Assembly: GCA_002104905.1 (NCBI GenBank)
Contig: MCFE01000222.1
Location: 59,402-123,401 of the forward strand
Length of the DNA stretch: 64,000 nt
DNA from: Basidiobolus meristosporus CBS 931.73
Taxonomy: Eukaryota > Fungi > Basidiobolomycota
Direction: 5' to 3'
How positions within the stretch are numbered: position 1 is the first letter of the stretch; every line of letters starts with the position of its first letter. A program made the position numbers and the translations under genes. Under the pieces are notes generated by a model. The model was not told where the DNA came from, did not search any database, and was given only the letters and a program-made list of their open reading frames with translations. Shown piece after piece: positions 62,301 to 64,000 of this stretch.

Positions 62301-63716
62301 AGCAAAGAAAGACAGAATGGCAACATGGGCTGGAGGCTTGTTGAACAGTAGAGAGTCAGAGGATTCAGATTCTTCAGGCACTATCTTGAAGTCAGTTTTC
62401 AGCCAGTTAAGGTTCTTCTCCACAAAGGCAACAAATGGGTCAGCAATGTTTTGGTCTAGGATAACCTCCAGAATCTTCCCTTTTCTCCAGGCCAGGTTGA
62501 CAATTCTTGAGAGCTGAATATTGCATGCCTTGAGTGCTTTCCTGATGTTGGAAATGGGAGTCCAGGGAACTTGCTTCAAGTACACCACAGTCCAGGTAGA
62601 AGCTGGTGGTAGGTTTGCTGGGGGCTTGTAAGTCCTTCTGTGTTGCAATGGAGCTGCAGTAGTCAGATTGGAGTCCACATTCTCAGTAGAAGGTTTTCTT
62701 GATGTGTCTTGCTGAATGGTACTGGAGCTGGATGTGCTGATAATTCTTGCTAGAACCTTGCCTGCATAAGTCTGAGGTATAGCTGAGGTGACTGTAGAGG
62801 TGGTGGCAGCTGGTGCAGGTGGAGAGGCAGAAACTGAAGCAGGAACTGAGGTCACCTGGGAGAAGGCAGTAGAAGCAGGTTTTCTGGGAGGAACAGAGTT
62901 CACTATCCAGTTGTTCTGTAAAACACTGGAGTAGCTTTTCTGTGGAACAGGATCTTGCTCTTGAACAGGAACAGAAGCAGGAGGCTGGGGCTGAGCAGTA
63001 GTGGTAAGGCAGTGGCACTCCAAGGAAGCTTTTTGCAAGGCATCTCTGGCAGTTTTCAGGGCAGTATTGGCTTCATTCTTGAGCTTCTTGCATTGGGCAT
63101 CCAGTCTCTTGTTTTCAATAGCCAGGGCAGTATTGGCAGCCTCTAAATCAGCAATTCTCTTCTCAATTGCAAGGAATCTCTGAAGAAATGCATCAGTAGA
63201 AGTGCTGGCATCTGGGAGAGCAGTGGCAGGAATAGAGTCCATTGACAGTGGGCTTCTTGGAGGCAAGGAAAGTGGACTGGCAGATTCAGGCACAAAAGGA
63301 GATATCCTGGCAGGAGGAGAAGGAGTATCCAAGGCAGTAACAGAGGCAATTCTTGTTGGTGAAGCAGCAGCAGGGGAGGCAAGCCTGTTCAGAAACTGGG
63401 CAGGAGAGAGTGCTTGAGGAGAGGGAGTCTTCAGCTTGCCAAGCATGTCTTCCATCAGAGTGATACCAATATTCCTGGTGCATTTGCAGAGAAAAGTAAG
63501 CTTCCTGAGTCTGCCAGCTCTTCCATTCCTTCTGATAGTTCCTTTGTTTCCACAGTTGGGGCAAGAAATCTTCTTGACAGACTTGTCAAAGCAATCAAGA
63601 ACCTTCCTTTCAGGTGTAGTGGGCTCCTGTTGAGGTTTTGGTGGCATATCCAGAGTTTCAGCTTCAAATTTCAATTTTTGAGATTTTTGGGTGATTTTTG
63701 ATGGGCGGGATCAAAA
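59310..63716 (-). mobile_element. near full-length APE-type LINE copy, head-to-tail with the previous one
   Basis: Same 3' hairpin; ORF2 59370-62138 with two 1-nt indels; complete ORF1; short 5' UTR ending at TTAGGG repeats. Confidence 0.92.
62139..63647 (-). CDS. LINE ORF1: N-terminal Cys zinc ribbon, coiled coil, Ser/Thr/Pro linker, C-terminal RRM-like domain
   Basis: ATG at 63647 (MPPKPQQEP); CPNC-x21-CKC; heptad segment FLQRFLAIEKRIADLEAAN...; WTVVYLKQVPWTPISNIRKAL. The RRM-like call is inference. Confidence 0.85.
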   Translation of the reverse strand: MPPKPQQEPTTPERKVLDCFDKSVKKISCPNCGNKGTIRRNGRAGRLRKLTFLCKCTRNIGITLMEDMLGKLKTPSPQALSPAQFLNRLASPAAASPTRIASVTALDTPSPPARISPFVPESASPLSLPPRSPLSMDSIPATALPDASTSTDAFLQRFLAIEKRIADLEAANTALAIENKRLDAQCKKLKNEANTALKTARDALQKASLECHCLTTTAQPQPPASVPVQEQDPVPQKSYSSVLQNNWIVNSVPPRKPASTAFSQVTSVPASVSASPPAPAATTSTVTSAIPQTYAGKVLARIISTSSSSTIQQDTSRKPSTENVDSNLTTAAPLQHRRTYKPPANLPPASTWTVVYLKQVPWTPISNIRKALKACNIQLSRIVNLAWRKGKILEVILDQNIADPFVAFVEKNLNWLKTDFKIVPEESESSDSLLFNKPPAHVAILSFFAAIKRQAPSYDVAYFLKNHAISLLADLSDAPFEELWDSAGHIVNAASEEATTSA

Positions 63717-63730
63717 TTAGGGTTAGGGTT
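63717..63730 (+). repeat. telomeric tract TTAGGGTTAGGGTT at the LINE 5' end
   Basis: Direct reading. Confidence 0.85.
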
Positions 63731-63772
63731 GCGCGCTGTGACTGCTTTTTACGATCGCAAGGTCAGAATCCT

Positions 63773-64000
63773 AGGAAAAAATAAAAATAGTTAGTAAAGG
63801 TGATTTAATGGATGGATGGATGGATTCGGAGTCAGATTCAATCAAAAAATCAAATCGTTGACTAATTTAAAGAGGAAAAAATAAAAATAGTTAGTAAAGG
63901 TGATTTAATGGATGGATGGATGGATTCGGAGTCAGATTCAATCAAAAAATCAAATCGTTGACTAATTTAAAGAGGAAAAATAAAAATAGTTAGTAAAGTG
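63773..64000. repeat. 100-bp tandem repeat (at least 2.3 copies, continues past the window)
   Basis: AGGAAAAA recurs at 63773, 63873 and 63973; the unit contains (GGAT)n. Confidence 0.92.

Noticed and set aside
55223-63716. Telomere-associated Penelope-like element (Athena/Coprina) with hammerhead ribozyme
   Set aside because: Polarity fits, but the protein has an N-terminal APE domain and LINE-type RT motifs. I found no CUGANGA/GAAA hammerhead core or pseudo-LTR.

Overview
Eukaryotic, intron-containing fungal DNA. Housekeeping genes and TTAGGG repeats suggest an early-diverging lineage; the genus cannot be fixed from sequence alone. There are three zones. (1) 1-17.1 kb is a nest of LTR retrotransposons (Ty3/gypsy, Ty1/copia) plus one PIF/Harbinger-type DNA transposon, riddled with CpG transitions. 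(2) 18.3-47.3 kb is a gene block: STE20/PAK kinase, RPS28 and RPS4 head-to-head, kinesin-5, SEC7 ARF-GEF, PEF1, a Sip1/GH36 enzyme, an inverted pair of small secreted Cys-rich proteins, probable SPO7, an RBMS-like 2xRRM protein, a 54-aa secreted peptide ORF and a hypothetical protein. (3) 48.3-64 kb looks like a subtelomere built by repeated addition of an APE-endonuclease LINE. All copies lie on the minus strand with 5' ends pointing distally. They have no poly(A) tail; each 3' end is AATAAA, a conserved hairpin and a C-tract, in most cases fused directly to TTAGGG-type repeats. Older elements are cut off exactly at these TTAGGG junctions. The LINE ORFs are essentially CpG-free, and ORF1 and ORF2 are in frame, separated only by TGA-CTA with no ATG for ORF2, which suggests stop-codon readthrough. 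This telomere-associated LINE array is the best candidate for an undescribed system.
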